This document shows positions 1 through 11,789 of a stretch of DNA of 64,000 nucleotides, piece by piece; position 1 is the first letter of the stretch; each line of letters starts with the position of its first letter. The DNA comes from Alloascoidea hylecoeti (taxonomy: Eukaryota), in contig BCKZ01000005.1 in NCBI GenBank assembly GCA_001600815.1, forward strand, positions 1,179,794 to 1,243,793, in the 5' to 3' direction. Under the pieces are notes generated by a model. The model did not search any database. It was not told the origin of the DNA and saw nothing but the letters and a program-made list of their open reading frames with translations. A program made the translations under genes and the position numbers.

Positions 1-1030
1 AAACATATAAGCTTATATGAAGAGTAAATAATAAATGTTCATTGCAAATTTAAACAATTAATTCCATTTTCATGTTCTGACATATCCGTCTTCCTTAACC
101 TTATAAGAAAATCACGTTATAAGATAATTATGAATAAATCTTAACGGCCGCGGGCAGTCTAATTGCAACAGCCTTATCGATCACGAGTAAAGTAATTTTA
201 CGATCAGAACAAATCCTTAAATTTGATCATCAACTTATAAGTGAAAAGTTATGCATATATAATTAAAATCTAATATTATTATTGATTGAAAAACTTTTCT
301 TAAAATCTAATGAAGACTTTGTTGTTCTTTTTTTGTAAAATTAATTATAAACTAAATACTACATCAATATTAATTAATATAATTTTTTTTTAATATATAA
401 TATTATTGTTATACGATCGATTCAAAAATAGGTATGTATCGATCTAGATATAAACTTAAAAAAGAAAAACTTTTCAATTGCAACTTCGATATCATTATTC
501 TTAAATCTTATACGATATCATTATACAATTGAATATGATACAAAAGATCCGGAACTTATATAAACAAATATCTATAAAAATCTATCCATGTGTGCAATAT
601 AGGGCCTTATGATATTAATATTAATTATTATATATCCTTTTACCTATATCTACTTTAGATCTCATAATCAGCTATCGCCCGATGTAGAATTTATAACTGA
701 TAAAAGCTTACACTTACAATTTCAATTAACAACTTACCGTTAGTACTAGTATAAACATATAGGGGCCTATATATATAATTGATTACCGTTTTAATTCATG
801 TGTTACCCAAAAATTTATTAGTTTTCACAACTTTTCAATATATTCAGGATCTTTTTCCACATGTTTATAAATTTCATGCAATAGTATAGGGATATAATCG
901 GGCGAATCATCCGATATGGCAATTAATTTAATACCGACTTACTATTATTTTTATTATAATAATTATAATATACTACATGCCATTGATGTTATGGATGATA
1001 TAAATGATATGTGATATCTATGTTTTGGAA

Positions 1031-1121
1031 ACATCCTTAACATCCTTAACATCCTTAACATATTTGCTCGTTCTTAAAAAGAAAAGAAAAAGACATCCTT
1101 AACTTTTTTTACACATCCTTA
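1031..1121. repeat. Short tandem repeat (CATCCTTAA)x3 plus two dispersed copies
   Basis: acatccttaacatccttaacatccttaaca at 1031-1060, with further acatcctta copies near 1093 and 1113. Confidence 0.8.
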
Positions 1122-1888
1122 TTCATATTCTTCTACTAAATCTGATTTTGAAATAAGATCTTTTACCTTCCTCATCCTGCTCAAATGACATTATAATTCG
1201 GATCAATAAGACCTTCACAATGTAGTCCAGCTTGTGTATGTATTGTTAGTTTCGAGTCCACTTTCAGTTCCTCTTAATCCTGTTTTTATTGTGGTATATT
1301 CTTTCACTAGCTTTGACTTTGATTGCTGGGCGTTTGTTACATTTTAAACCTAGTGTGGTCTTTATTATCAATATTGTGGATTAAACTTATACTTTCTTTA
1401 AACATGGATTAAAGTAGAAAGAGAAAAACATTCGATATATTAATTGTGTTTTATAAAATTTATCTAAAACAATAACTAAATTATATGTGTTCATTCTTTC
1501 ACCATTATTCTATTGCATTATAAATTTAAAGATGAATAAATGAGGTTCAAATGATCTTTTATGCTATGCATAACAATAAATATATCTTTAAAATTGGGGT
1601 TCAGTCTTCATAATAATCGAGGCCACTAGTTCTTACACAAATGATATAAAAAATGGAAGTGTGAATAAAGATATTCAGGTGATTATAAATATTATCTCTG
1701 TCATTGGCGATTATGTAGCCCACATAAATAGACTTCTACACTATTAAAGTTCAAGGTTGCATTGCATACCATTTAATTGCCTATTATGTACTCCTACTGA
1801 TAGTGTAAATGTTACCCGGAAGTGCCAGCTCAATGCCAACAACATCAATTTAATATTGTTGTCTCCACAAGTTTTCAACCTTCAAAAT

Positions 1889-2755
1889 ATGATTTTTATA
1901 AAAGTTTTAGCGGTTTTATTCCTGTTTGTCTCGAATTTTGCTTCTGCCCAACAGCAGCCACCTCCATCACATGGTGAATTCTATGATAAAACACCTGTTT
2001 TAACATTAACTTCAAGAAATTTTAAAAAAACCGTATATGGTACAAATTATTCAACATTAGTTGAATTTTATGCTCCATGGTGTGGACATTGTCAACAATT
2101 TCGTAAAACAATGATTAAAATGGCAAAATCGATGTCTCCATATGTTCAAATTGGTGCTGTTGATTGTAATGATGCAAACAATCAACAATTATGTTCGGAA
2201 TTTAGAATCAGTGGATTTCCATCATTTAAAGTATTTAGACCACCAAAAGTTGGAAAAGGTAAAGGTGCTGTTGAAGACTATAGTGGTGAAAGAAGTGCTA
2301 AAGCAATATCACAATTTTTGGTTCAAAGAATTCAAAATAATGTTCATCGATTCATGTCTTCAAAAAAATTAAAAAGTGATTGGCTTAATAATGAAAACAA
2401 CGATGAAACTCCAAAACTTTTATTATTTTCTAAGAAACAATTAATTACACCATTATTAAAATCATTAGCTATTGATTTTTCAGGAACAATTAATTTTGCA
2501 ACTATTAGTGAATCAGGTTTAGATGATGATATTAAAGAACAATTTCAAGTAACAGAATTTCCAAAATTAATTTTAATTCCAGCAAATACTTCATATGATA
2601 AATTTATTAATTATGATGGTATTATTAAAAAGAGAAATTTGGAAGAATTTTTATTAAATTATGCTAATGCCACTGATGGTCCATTATATAGAAGAGCCAA
2701 ATCACAAAGTAAGAAACATGTGAAGAAGGAGAAGATTATTCACGATGAATTGTAA
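1889..2755 (+). CDS. MPD1: ER protein disulfide isomerase, Mpd1-like
   Basis: Signal peptide MIFIKVLAVLFLFVSNFASA, one thioredoxin active site (WCGHC) and C-terminal HDEL. First ATG is 1889; the ORF track starts at an upstream TTG. Confidence 0.88.
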   Translation: MIFIKVLAVLFLFVSNFASAQQQPPPSHGEFYDKTPVLTLTSRNFKKTVYGTNYSTLVEFYAPWCGHCQQFRKTMIKMAKSMSPYVQIGAVDCNDANNQQLCSEFRISGFPSFKVFRPPKVGKGKGAVEDYSGERSAKAISQFLVQRIQNNVHRFMSSKKLKSDWLNNENNDETPKLLLFSKKQLITPLLKSLAIDFSGTINFATISESGLDDDIKEQFQVTEFPKLILIPANTSYDKFINYDGIIKKRNLEEFLLNYANATDGPLYRRAKSQSKKHVKKEKIIHDEL

Positions 2756-2829
2756 TTATAATTAATCAAACTAATAAAATAATAATAATTAATACAATTT
2801 GAGGCCAAACTAATGGCCCACTAATGCAA

Positions 2830-3390
2830 AACAGATGTAAGGTATAAAGTTATTTAGGAGTTTTGTTTTTTTCACCTCCAAAAAGTTATAAGACTAAAAC
2901 ATGTATTACATTTATATTGTAGCTCAAGTATTTAAGCCCAAAATTAATTACAAAAACTGTAGAAATATCCTTGTGGGAAAGATAACTTTGTAGTGATTTA
3001 ATCATGCCAAAAAGATTGGCATGTATTATATGAGAAACAATTTTGGGTTCTCCGATCGCAAGGTTTCTGATAAAATACAACGCGTCCTACGATCGATTAA
3101 AGGTTCTTCATGCGATTAAACCCTCAAAATCCAACTATTCCGAAGGCCAAAACTCTTATTAGAAAGCCAAAATTTTTACCTTGGTCTAAAGGACAATTGG
3201 GCCATTAGTTGCCGTTGGAAGATATCGCACAACAAATTCCCGCGCGCGTCTAAAAGATGATTGAAGTGGCAGTGAAGCCCACCTCGGCGAGAAGTTTGGC
3301 AGAAATTCCAGACACTTTATAATCTTCATATATGTGGGGCAATTATTCTGTTCACATATCTGTTGATGTCATGATTGGAAGAGAGTCGCT
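2830..3390 (+). pseudogene. Decayed protein kinase relic (TKL-like)
   Basis: Ordered degenerate motifs across frameshifts: YKVI*, NHAKKIGMYYMRNNF..SDKI, RLKVLHA (3094), KAKI/YLGL (~3163-3187, DLGL-like), GSEAHL/REV, YS...DV. Read by eye. Confidence 0.5.
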
Positions 3391-3580
3391 AACCAATTAC
3401 CAAAGTAAATATTAATTTATGAAAATAACGCTAATTAACTCTCAGACGTGTCGCTAATTATTTTCGAATATAGCGCTATTAAAATAAAGTGGAAAGAGTG
3501 TATGTATATAATCCGGGTAACAATAACTTTTTGTCTTCTTTTTTCATTAATTGTTCATATTAACAAAAACAATATTAAAC

Positions 3581-3941
3581 ATGATTACGAAATATTTTAA
3601 AACTGTCTCCGTTCGTTTTGATCCATTCAATCTAAAACATAAATCAGCTCGGGTTCTATTAGCAAATATTCCACCAAAATTACGTGCTTCAATTAAAACC
3701 AAATATGAAATTTTACCAAAAGATTCAAAGAAAGAACCTGAAGTAGTTGTTAGTTTCAGTACGTATATTCAATATTATGGAAATAAAATAAATAAATAAA
3801 TGTTAAACTAACAATTTATTCATAGAGGATGGTATGGTTATAAAAATTGATCCAACACAAGCAAATATTCTAGATATTGGTCAACAACTTGATAGACATT
3901 CTAGATCTTTAGCTACTAAGGAAATTATCGATGGTATTTAA
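3581..3941 (+). CDS. MRPL44: Mitochondrial ribosomal protein mL53; exons 3581-3758 and 3826-3941
   Basis: N-terminus MITKYFKTVSVRFDPF. Intron 3759-3825 (GTACGT...AACTAAC...TAG). Splicing gives ...VVVSFKDG...LDRHSRSL, the conserved mL53 C-terminus. Confidence 0.9.
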
Positions 3942-4185
3942 GTCAATTTTTAAAGAATTAAATGACACGGTTGGTTTGTAAATAGATGAGATGTTATTAA
4001 TATTATTTATTTATATAACTCTTTAATGATATATGTGAATAAAAAATATATAAATGAAACAAAAAAATGAATAAAACGATATATTGAAACTTCTAACATC
4101 CATACATCACACGTGATGATAAATTTTTCAATTTTTATTTTTATTATTACAATTTTTTTTGATATTGGATATTTATTTACAAATA

Positions 4186-5196
4186 ATGCCAAAATCTAAG
4201 ATAAAATCGAAATCGAAATCATTCAAAAAGAGTCCATATGATATAAAACTAAAATCCAATGATGGTAAAAAACAGCGGTTACAAAAGGATCAGAAATTAA
4301 TAAAAAGTGATGAGGAAGAGGAAAAAGAAGATGAAAAAATTGATTATTATGTTGAACAAGAACAAAATCAAACACGTTCTATAAAAGATAGAATTAATCC
4401 TTATACTGCATATGAAGATGATTCCGATGACTCAGAAGACGATCAAATAATGTTTGAAGATGATTCTGAAAATAATAAACAAAATGATCGCAAACCTAAT
4501 GTATCATTTAGTGCTTTATCACGATCCCAACAGAAGTCAAAAGCTGTTAAAACTCCACAACAGGAAGATGAAGATTCAAGCGACGGTGCATTTTTCGAAG
4601 AAGATGATGACGATGAACCAGAAGAAGAAACAATAACGAAAAAACGTGGTAAACATGCCCCACGAGAAGAATCAACAAAATTTAGACATCGAAGGTTTGG
4701 ATCACAAATAAATGAAGCAAAAAAATCTTCATTAGCATCAAGAGCAAATCCATATGGTGATATTCGATTTGATCCAGCATATGGTCCAGCCAATTTTGAT
4801 AAAACAAGAAAGAATTATTCATTTTTAGATGATTATAGAAAAGATGAAATTAATTCAATGAAAGATTTATTAAAAAGTAAAAAAGGTAAAAATTTATCAC
4901 AATATAAAAGACAAGAATTAGAAACAAAAATTAAAAGTGAAGGATCAAGATTAGAAACATTAAAACAAAGAGATTTTGATAAAAAAGTACTTGAAGAAAG
5001 ATCAAGAAAAGAAAATGAATTAATTAAACAAGGTAAAACTCCATTCTTTTTAAAGAGAAGTGCAAAGAAAGAATTATTACTAAAGGAGAAATTTAAAACT
5101 ATGAAGAAGAGTCAAATTGATAAGACAATTTCAAGAAAAAGGAAGAAGGTTGCTGGTAAAGAATTAAAACAACTACCTTATCATAGAAGAGGTTAA
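4186..5196 (+). CDS. RRP36: rRNA biogenesis protein Rrp36
   Basis: Motifs KHAPREES, DIRFDP, KNYSFLDDYR, GKTPFFLKRS and a basic C-terminus. First ATG is 4186. Confidence 0.88.
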   Translation: MPKSKIKSKSKSFKKSPYDIKLKSNDGKKQRLQKDQKLIKSDEEEEKEDEKIDYYVEQEQNQTRSIKDRINPYTAYEDDSDDSEDDQIMFEDDSENNKQNDRKPNVSFSALSRSQQKSKAVKTPQQEDEDSSDGAFFEEDDDDEPEEETITKKRGKHAPREESTKFRHRRFGSQINEAKKSSLASRANPYGDIRFDPAYGPANFDKTRKNYSFLDDYRKDEINSMKDLLKSKKGKNLSQYKRQELETKIKSEGSRLETLKQRDFDKKVLEERSRKENELIKQGKTPFFLKRSAKKELLLKEKFKTMKKSQIDKTISRKRKKVAGKELKQLPYHRRG

Positions 5197-5219
5197 ATTA
5201 AATATTTATATAAAATTTA

Positions 5220-7196
5220 TTAGCATATACCTAAATTAATCCAACTACCTAAAGGACCCCAATATTCTTTTTGTTCATTACTATTTTTATTTTTATTTAC
5301 TTTAACTCCTTTATAATCTTCTCCAATACAAGCAGCAACAAATTGATTTTTATTTATCAACATTTCACTTTCCAATCTATCATTAATTGGTTGAACATTA
5401 CAAAATTCAAATATTTCATCAACAAGTTCTTCAATTGATTCTTTAATAACTTCTTTAATTAATTCAGAATGTTCAGTTGGTGGTGGTAATATTGTACCAT
5501 CAAGTATTAAATTCAAATTAATTATTGGATCCATATTAAAAGGAAATGTATGAGATCCCAATCTTTTGTTATTATAACCAAATGGCATAATATTACAATC
5601 TGATGGTAATGTTGCCCACCATGGTTTTTTACCATGATCAGATTTTAATTTAGAAGCATTTGGAGAACTAGCTTCATTAATTACAGTTTGATAACGATTT
5701 ATAAAATTCTCATATTCATCTTCATCAGCCTCACCTGAATATATTTCATCTTCTTCATCTTTAGTATCATCATCAGATAAACAATAATCATCATTTTTTG
5801 AATAATGATTTTTTAAATACGATTGACTATGATCATTAAGATGTACAATAATCTCTTTTGTTTTCTTAGTTTGAATAATTTCTTCTTGTATAATTGTTGT
5901 TTTTAAAGTAATATGTTGAATTTGATAATAATAAGCTAATAAATGTTTAACTAATGCATCTTTTGATATACCATTACAATCTTCAAATCTAAAAGTACTA
6001 ATTAATCCATCATTCCATAATTTTTTATTTTCTTCATTATATCTTGATAAAATTGAATTAAAAGCTAATTTTGCTCTTAAAATTCTATTGCCTTTTGTTA
6101 AATTTTCCATAATTTTTATAAAATTATCAAATGTTATTAAATTATCTAAAGTTTTTGAATTATCAATTGTTGTTTTTAATGATGTTGTTGCATTTGGTGA
6201 ATAAATATAAAATAAACATTCAGAAATCCATAATCCTTCAGGTGCTTCGGTTATAGGTAAAAAGTCCCATAAACTTTCTTTTGTTACAATCCATTTATAT
6301 TTTAAATGTAAATCTAATGAATCTGTATAATTTGCCATTGATTTATATTTATAATATAACGATTCAATTTCTTCTCTTGAAAATGTAGTATGTGGTTGAA
6401 TCATATTAACAATTGATGGTATATCATTAAATTGATTAGTTTGTTGGATTTTATAAAATGCATTTGTTGTTGAAATTGGATAAAATTGATAATACGATGA
6501 TGGATAAGTACTATTAAATAATAATAATTGATGTGATGGATCATGTTCAATATAGCAATTTTTACATAAATGATGTAATACTTTTTTTTGTGTATCTTTT
6601 GTATGTGATATAAATAAACTTGAAAATGTTAATGTATCATCATCTGCTTTTTCTGAAGCACATGTTGGACATAAATAATATGGTGTTGATAAAATTTTTG
6701 ATTCACATTCATTACATTTAATATTAAGATTTTTAAATGATAATTTATTTTTATTAAATGTTTCTGAATATAATAAACCAAATACTTTTTCAAAATTTTC
6801 AATATCAATGAAATTTGGTGAAATTTTATCATCTTCTTCAAAATCTCCAAAACTTGAAATACTATTGTTTTTATCTGGATGTGTATGTGTCAATGGAACT
6901 ACAAATTTATACCTTGAATTGTTAAAAATGGAAGTATTTGATTGTCTTGCATTTAATCTTTCAAGAATTTCCTGTTCATTTTCAATTCCATTTTCATGTT
7001 CATTATTAGCATTAGATTCATCTTTACCTAATGTTTCAATTGGTTCAACACCAGGAGGATCTTTAAACTCTGATTGGAATTGCTGTGGTGTCCTTGGAGT
7101 ATAAGAATTCTGTGGAGATTTTGACCGAGGTTTAATCGGATCAGAAGATGTTATTCCCCAAGAGCTAAGTAAAGCTCCAATTATAGATCGACTCAT
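5220..7196 (-). CDS. ZZ-type zinc finger / EF-hand-like protein
   Basis: CNEC...YYLCPTC...LCKNCY..HDPSH is ZZ-like. It is followed by a calcineurin-B/NCS-like segment (TTFSREEIESLY...ITFDNFI..M..L..G....RAKLAF). Confidence 0.65.
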   Translation of the reverse strand: MSRSIIGALLSSWGITSSDPIKPRSKSPQNSYTPRTPQQFQSEFKDPPGVEPIETLGKDESNANNEHENGIENEQEILERLNARQSNTSIFNNSRYKFVVPLTHTHPDKNNSISSFGDFEEDDKISPNFIDIENFEKVFGLLYSETFNKNKLSFKNLNIKCNECESKILSTPYYLCPTCASEKADDDTLTFSSLFISHTKDTQKKVLHHLCKNCYIEHDPSHQLLLFNSTYPSSYYQFYPISTTNAFYKIQQTNQFNDIPSIVNMIQPHTTFSREEIESLYYKYKSMANYTDSLDLHLKYKWIVTKESLWDFLPITEAPEGLWISECLFYIYSPNATTSLKTTIDNSKTLDNLITFDNFIKIMENLTKGNRILRAKLAFNSILSRYNEENKKLWNDGLISTFRFEDCNGISKDALVKHLLAYYYQIQHITLKTTIIQEEIIQTKKTKEIIVHLNDHSQSYLKNHYSKNDDYCLSDDDTKDEEDEIYSGEADEDEYENFINRYQTVINEASSPNASKLKSDHGKKPWWATLPSDCNIMPFGYNNKRLGSHTFPFNMDPIINLNLILDGTILPPPTEHSELIKEVIKESIEELVDEIFEFCNVQPINDRLESEMLINKNQFVAACIGEDYKGVKVNKNKNSNEQKEYWGPLGSWINLGIC

Positions 7197-8191
7197 ATCA
7201 TGCCATTAAATGCATTAAATGTAGAGAAGATTTGAATTTAACCCTTCTAGATAATGGTTGGTATCCGGGTAAATTATAAAGATATTATGTAGCAAAAAAA
7301 ATATGATAAAATGAAATTTATTTTAATCCTGTGGATGTTTAAATTAGATCTTCTTGCTACCAGTTTTAAAGCAAAGTATATTAATTTAATTTTTAATTTT
7401 TGATTCATCTACGGTACCAAAATTGTTTGGCCATGACTTCACATTATATTATTATCAAGAAATAGCTGATTTGAATGAGATATATGTTAATGATGGTTTA
7501 AATTCAAATTGTGGTAGATATGGTGGAATGATAAGTAGCAATATGTATAATTGAAGAAATTTTTCTATGTTTGACTTTTAGCAATACAATTAATTATAGA
7601 CTACCATACAACTTATGTAAGACATAATTACAGATGTAAATTATCTAAAAGAATCAAATCACTGATTTTAACTCTTAATCATGAGTAAAGTACATTATTC
7701 ACATACCTTTATAGTAATTCAAAATCAAATTCGTGATAAATTATGATTCTAATACAAAAGAGAACACCCTATCCGACTTGAATTAAACAACAACAAAAAA
7801 ATGTAATCGTTCGTGTAATTGTGAGGTTTATTTAAAATTTAAGAAATACGAAGAAATGGAAACACGATTAGGTCCGTTGAGGGTGTATGTATTAAAATAT
7901 ATAACTATAAACAAAATTCCATTACTTGTAAAGATAAAAAAAGAACGAAGAAATATTATTATTCTTAGATCTAAAGATTCCTTAACCAAAACAAAACTAA
8001 CACAAAATAAATTTTTCAATGAGATATTTGTAAAGATTTCTAGATCTAAAATTTAAACCTCATTTAATTTTAAAAAATAAATAGAAAAGAAGGAAGAAAA
8101 AAAAAAGATTCATGATAATGCAGTTGATGCATATATTCAATCATAACAAACAACAATTTTTTAGTAATAATGTACAACAAATTACATTAAC

Positions 8192-9538
8192 TTAATATCT
8201 GTAAAGATCACTCTTAAAAGGACCTTCAACAGGAATACCCAAATATTCAGATTGAACAGGAGTTAAAGTTGTTAATTTAGCACCTAAATGATCCAAATGT
8301 AATTTAGCAACAGTTTCATCCAAAACTTTTGGTAAAAGATGGACACCAACATCAAATTTATCATTTGAAAATTCAGGAAATTGTTTATGAAATTCACCAT
8401 CATTAGTTTTATATAAAGCAATTTGTGCTAAGACTTGATTTGAAAATGAACATGACATAACAAAAGATGAATGACCTGTAGCACAACCTAAGTTAACAAG
8501 ACGTCCTTCAGCTAATAAAATAACATGATTACCAGAGTCTAATAAGTATCTATCAACTTGTGGTTTAATGTTAACAACAGATTTAGCATTTGCTTTAATC
8601 CAAGCAACATCAATTTCAATATCAAAATGACCAATGTTACAAACAATAGCATCATTTGGCATCTTTAAGAAATCTTCACCAGTAATGATATCACGACAAC
8701 CAGTTGTTGTGACAAAGATTTGACCGAAAGAAGCAACTTCAGATAATGGTTTAACTTCATAACCAGAAACAGCAGCTTGTAAAGCATTAATTGGGTCAAT
8801 TTCAGTAACGATGACTCTAGCACCCATTCCTCTTAAGGCCATGGCACAGCCTTTACCGACATCACCAAATCCACAAACAACGGAAGTTTTACCGGCAATC
8901 ATAACATCAGTGGCTCTTTTAATACCATCAATTAATGATTCACGGCATCCATATAAGTTATCAAATTTAGATTTTGTAACTGAGTCATTAACATTAATGG
9001 CTGGGACCTTCAAGGTACCTTCCTTGAGTCTTCTGTACAAATGATGAACACCAGTAGTGGTTTCCTCAGATAAACCATAACAGTCTTTCAACATTTCAGG
9101 GTATTTTTCATGAACCAAAGTAGTTAAATCACCACCATCATCCAAAATCAAGTTCAATTTCTTACCATCTTTGAAAGAAAACAATTGTTGTTCAATACAC
9201 CACAAATATTCTTCTTCGGTTTCACCTTTCCAGGCATAGACAGGAACACCAGCAGCAGCAATGGCAGCAGCAGCATGATCTTGAGTTGAAAAGATATTAC
9301 AAGAAGACCAAGTAACTTCAGCACCAAGAGCAACCAAAGTTTCAATTAAAACAGCAGTTTGAATGGTCATATGTAAACAACCAGCGATTCTAGCACCTTT
9401 CAAAGGTTGAACAGAAGCATATTTTTTTCTGATCTGCATAAGACCTGGCATTTCAATTTCAGCCAATTCGATTTCTTTTCTACCGAAGGCAGCAAGACTA
9501 ACGTCGGCAACTTTGAATTTTGAAGCTGGAGCACTCAT
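8192..9538 (-). CDS. SAH1: S-adenosyl-L-homocysteine hydrolase
   Basis: Signatures [45 protein letters not shown] and terminal YRY. Confidence 0.98.
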   Translation of the reverse strand: MSAPASKFKVADVSLAAFGRKEIELAEIEMPGLMQIRKKYASVQPLKGARIAGCLHMTIQTAVLIETLVALGAEVTWSSCNIFSTQDHAAAAIAAAGVPVYAWKGETEEEYLWCIEQQLFSFKDGKKLNLILDDGGDLTTLVHEKYPEMLKDCYGLSEETTTGVHHLYRRLKEGTLKVPAINVNDSVTKSKFDNLYGCRESLIDGIKRATDVMIAGKTSVVCGFGDVGKGCAMALRGMGARVIVTEIDPINALQAAVSGYEVKPLSEVASFGQIFVTTTGCRDIITGEDFLKMPNDAIVCNIGHFDIEIDVAWIKANAKSVVNIKPQVDRYLLDSGNHVILLAEGRLVNLGCATGHSSFVMSCSFSNQVLAQIALYKTNDGEFHKQFPEFSNDKFDVGVHLLPKVLDETVAKLHLDHLGAKLTTLTPVQSEYLGIPVEGPFKSDLYRY

Positions 9539-10013
9539 GATGATTGGTAAAATAGATGAACTGATGGTTTGTTAAAAAAGAGAAAGAGGATGAAGAAGAA
9601 GGAAAAGCTGATCTCCGAAAAAAAAATTCGCTTTAAATTTTCAATGGAAAGCCGGGTAAAACGTAAATAATCAAATCTGGAGATCTCAAAAAAATTTAAA
9701 CTGTCCGACAAATTCAAATTCACATGAAATAAAATATAAATAAAATATATATATATATAAAAGACAAATAATTGCTTATATGTTGATTTAATATAATCAT
9801 AGTATCTTGCTTCACTCTTCAATTACAATAATTGATAATAAACGGTATAAATAAGATATATTTATGCAACATTGTCCAAACACGGTAACTATCAGTTTAT
9901 CTGCACATGTGCAGTCTTACTAGCTTTCCTTCTCCGGGTAAACCCCCAGTTATAAAATTATAGCTTTTTGAAACTTCTTCTTCTTCTTTTATCATTTTTA
10001 CCAATTAATAAAA

Positions 10014-11789
10014 ATGTCCAGTACCATTTGGATGGGGGATTTGGATCCATATCAATCAGAACAAGACATCGTTTCAATCTGGCAGTTATTCAGTTTTCAA
10101 CCACGTTCTGTTAAATTGATTAGACACAGATACACAGGCTCAAATTGTGGATATTGCTTTGTTGAATTTGATAGTGTTGAAGAAGCTTCTATGGCTTTAC
10201 AATTACACGGAACTGTTATACCAAATGAAAATAAAATCCTTAAATTAAATTGGGCTTCCCGTTCTGCTCAAAATGCTCCCTCTTCAAACTCTTCTCTCTC
10301 CTTACTTAATAACGGCATGTCAAACCTTCATTTAAACTCTGCTGCAAATGCGTCTGCTGCTGAATTTTCTCTATTTGTAGGAGATTTGTCTCCCGAGGTT
10401 ACCGATACAATATTAACTCAAACTTTTCTTTCTAAATACCCTTCAACAAAAACAGCTAATGTGTTAACAGATCCAGCTTCGGGTGCTTCACGTGGTTATG
10501 GTTTTGTTAGATTCTTAGATGAAAATGAGTCTCAAAGGGCTATCCTGGAAATGAATGGTTATTTCCTTAATGGCAGACCCATAAGAGTCTCCACCGCCAC
10601 TCCAAAAACTTCATCAAATCAACAAAAGCAAATCCAACAACAAGTTTCAACCCAGCAGCAGGCTCAGCAACAATTTCAACCAGATTCAAATCTAAACTCT
10701 CAGCAACTACCTTTTTCAATGTCTGACCCTACAAACACCACTGTTTTCATAGGTGGTCTTTCTCCACAAGTTATGGAACCACAACTTCGTGCAACTTTTC
10801 AACCTTTTGGTGATATTATATACGTTAAAATCCCCGCTGGTAAAGGATGTGGATTTGTTCAATACACAACACGTGAAGCCGCTGAGAGGGCTATTGCGGA
10901 AATGCAAGGCTATAATATGGGTGGAGGTCGTATTAGGCTTAGTTGGGGAAGAAGTTCAAATAGAAATTATTACTCAAATCAACAACAATTCTTACAGCAA
11001 CAGCAATTACAACAATTCGGAGGAATGGCAATGGGATTAGGTACAGATTCATTTAATATGAACAACCCAAATAACATTTATAGTTTAGGGGCTACTCATG
11101 GTGGAATAACCGGTTTGCCCAACCATAATGGGATTAATATACCGCCTTTTACATTATCAAATAATCAAAGTAATAATAATATTAATATTAATAATGACTC
11201 AATGATTCAATTACCTGGTACACCTGGAAGATTAAAAGAACTTTATATAGCTGCATCTGAAGGTCGATTAGATAGAGTTAATTTAGAAACTTCTTCAACT
11301 ACATCTGCATCTATTGGTGGCGCAAGTTCTGTTAGTCCATTACCAACAAGTACAAATTCAAGTTCAACGGGTCCATTGGATATTCAAAATTTACCAATGA
11401 CTACTATTAATAATAATACTTCTCCAATAACTACTACTACTGTTAATTCTACAAGGTTAATGGGTCATTTACCAATAACAAATACTACTGTTAATAATAA
11501 TAACCCGCCTATAACAACAACTGTTAATTCAACTAGGTTAATGGGTCATTTATCAACACCTTCGAATTCAGTGGTAAACACTCCAAATTTTGATATACAT
11601 CCACCACATGTACAATTAGGTTTATCAAATGCAACAAATGGTGGTTTACAAAATATTCCATTAGGACTTGAAATTAATCCAAGTTTAAAAGAAAATAACA
11701 ATAATAACAATTCTATTAATATTAATAATACTCCTGTTAGCTATAATATTAATGAACCTCCAGTTACAAGTTTATCTCGAAATTTCTAG
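10014..11789 (+). CDS. NAM8: Three-RRM RNA-binding protein, Nam8/Ngr1/Csx1 family
   Basis: RRM motifs IWMGDL/GYCFVEF, LFVGDL/RGYGFVRF and NTTVFIGGL/KGCGFVQY, plus IRLSWGR. NAM8 versus NGR1 is not fully resolved. Confidence 0.75.
   Translation: MSSTIWMGDLDPYQSEQDIVSIWQLFSFQPRSVKLIRHRYTGSNCGYCFVEFDSVEEASMALQLHGTVIPNENKILKLNWASRSAQNAPSSNSSLSLLNNGMSNLHLNSAANASAAEFSLFVGDLSPEVTDTILTQTFLSKYPSTKTANVLTDPASGASRGYGFVRFLDENESQRAILEMNGYFLNGRPIRVSTATPKTSSNQQKQIQQQVSTQQQAQQQFQPDSNLNSQQLPFSMSDPTNTTVFIGGLSPQVMEPQLRATFQPFGDIIYVKIPAGKGCGFVQYTTREAAERAIAEMQGYNMGGGRIRLSWGRSSNRNYYSNQQQFLQQQQLQQFGGMAMGLGTDSFNMNNPNNIYSLGATHGGITGLPNHNGINIPPFTLSNNQSNNNININNDSMIQLPGTPGRLKELYIAASEGRLDRVNLETSSTTSASIGGASSVSPLPTSTNSSSTGPLDIQNLPMTTINNNTSPITTTTVNSTRLMGHLPITNTTVNNNNPPITTTVNSTRLMGHLSTPSNSVVNTPNFDIHPPHVQLGLSNATNGGLQNIPLGLEINPSLKENNNNNNSININNTPVSYNINEPPVTSLSRNF

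Noticed and set aside
1130..1350. Possible extra kinase relic on the minus strand (LHCEGLIDPNY, KSDL)
   Set aside because: Motifs are too degenerate and frame-ambiguous to call.
1757..1888. N-terminal extensions in the ORF track (also 3551, 4159, 15337, 21518, 26697, 30627, 34383)
   Set aside because: Mostly TTG starts, or extensions upstream of signal peptides or paralog-matched ATGs. Downstream ATGs were used.
2808..3210. 13-bp inverted repeat aactaatggccca / tgggccattagtt
   Set aside because: Short, with no TSD or second copy seen, so it may be chance.
7828..8056. Short 63-aa and 66-aa ORFs between the ZZ/EF gene and SAH1, and other short antisense or overlapping ORFs
   Set aside because: No recognisable domains. 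Expected by chance or as shadows of real genes.
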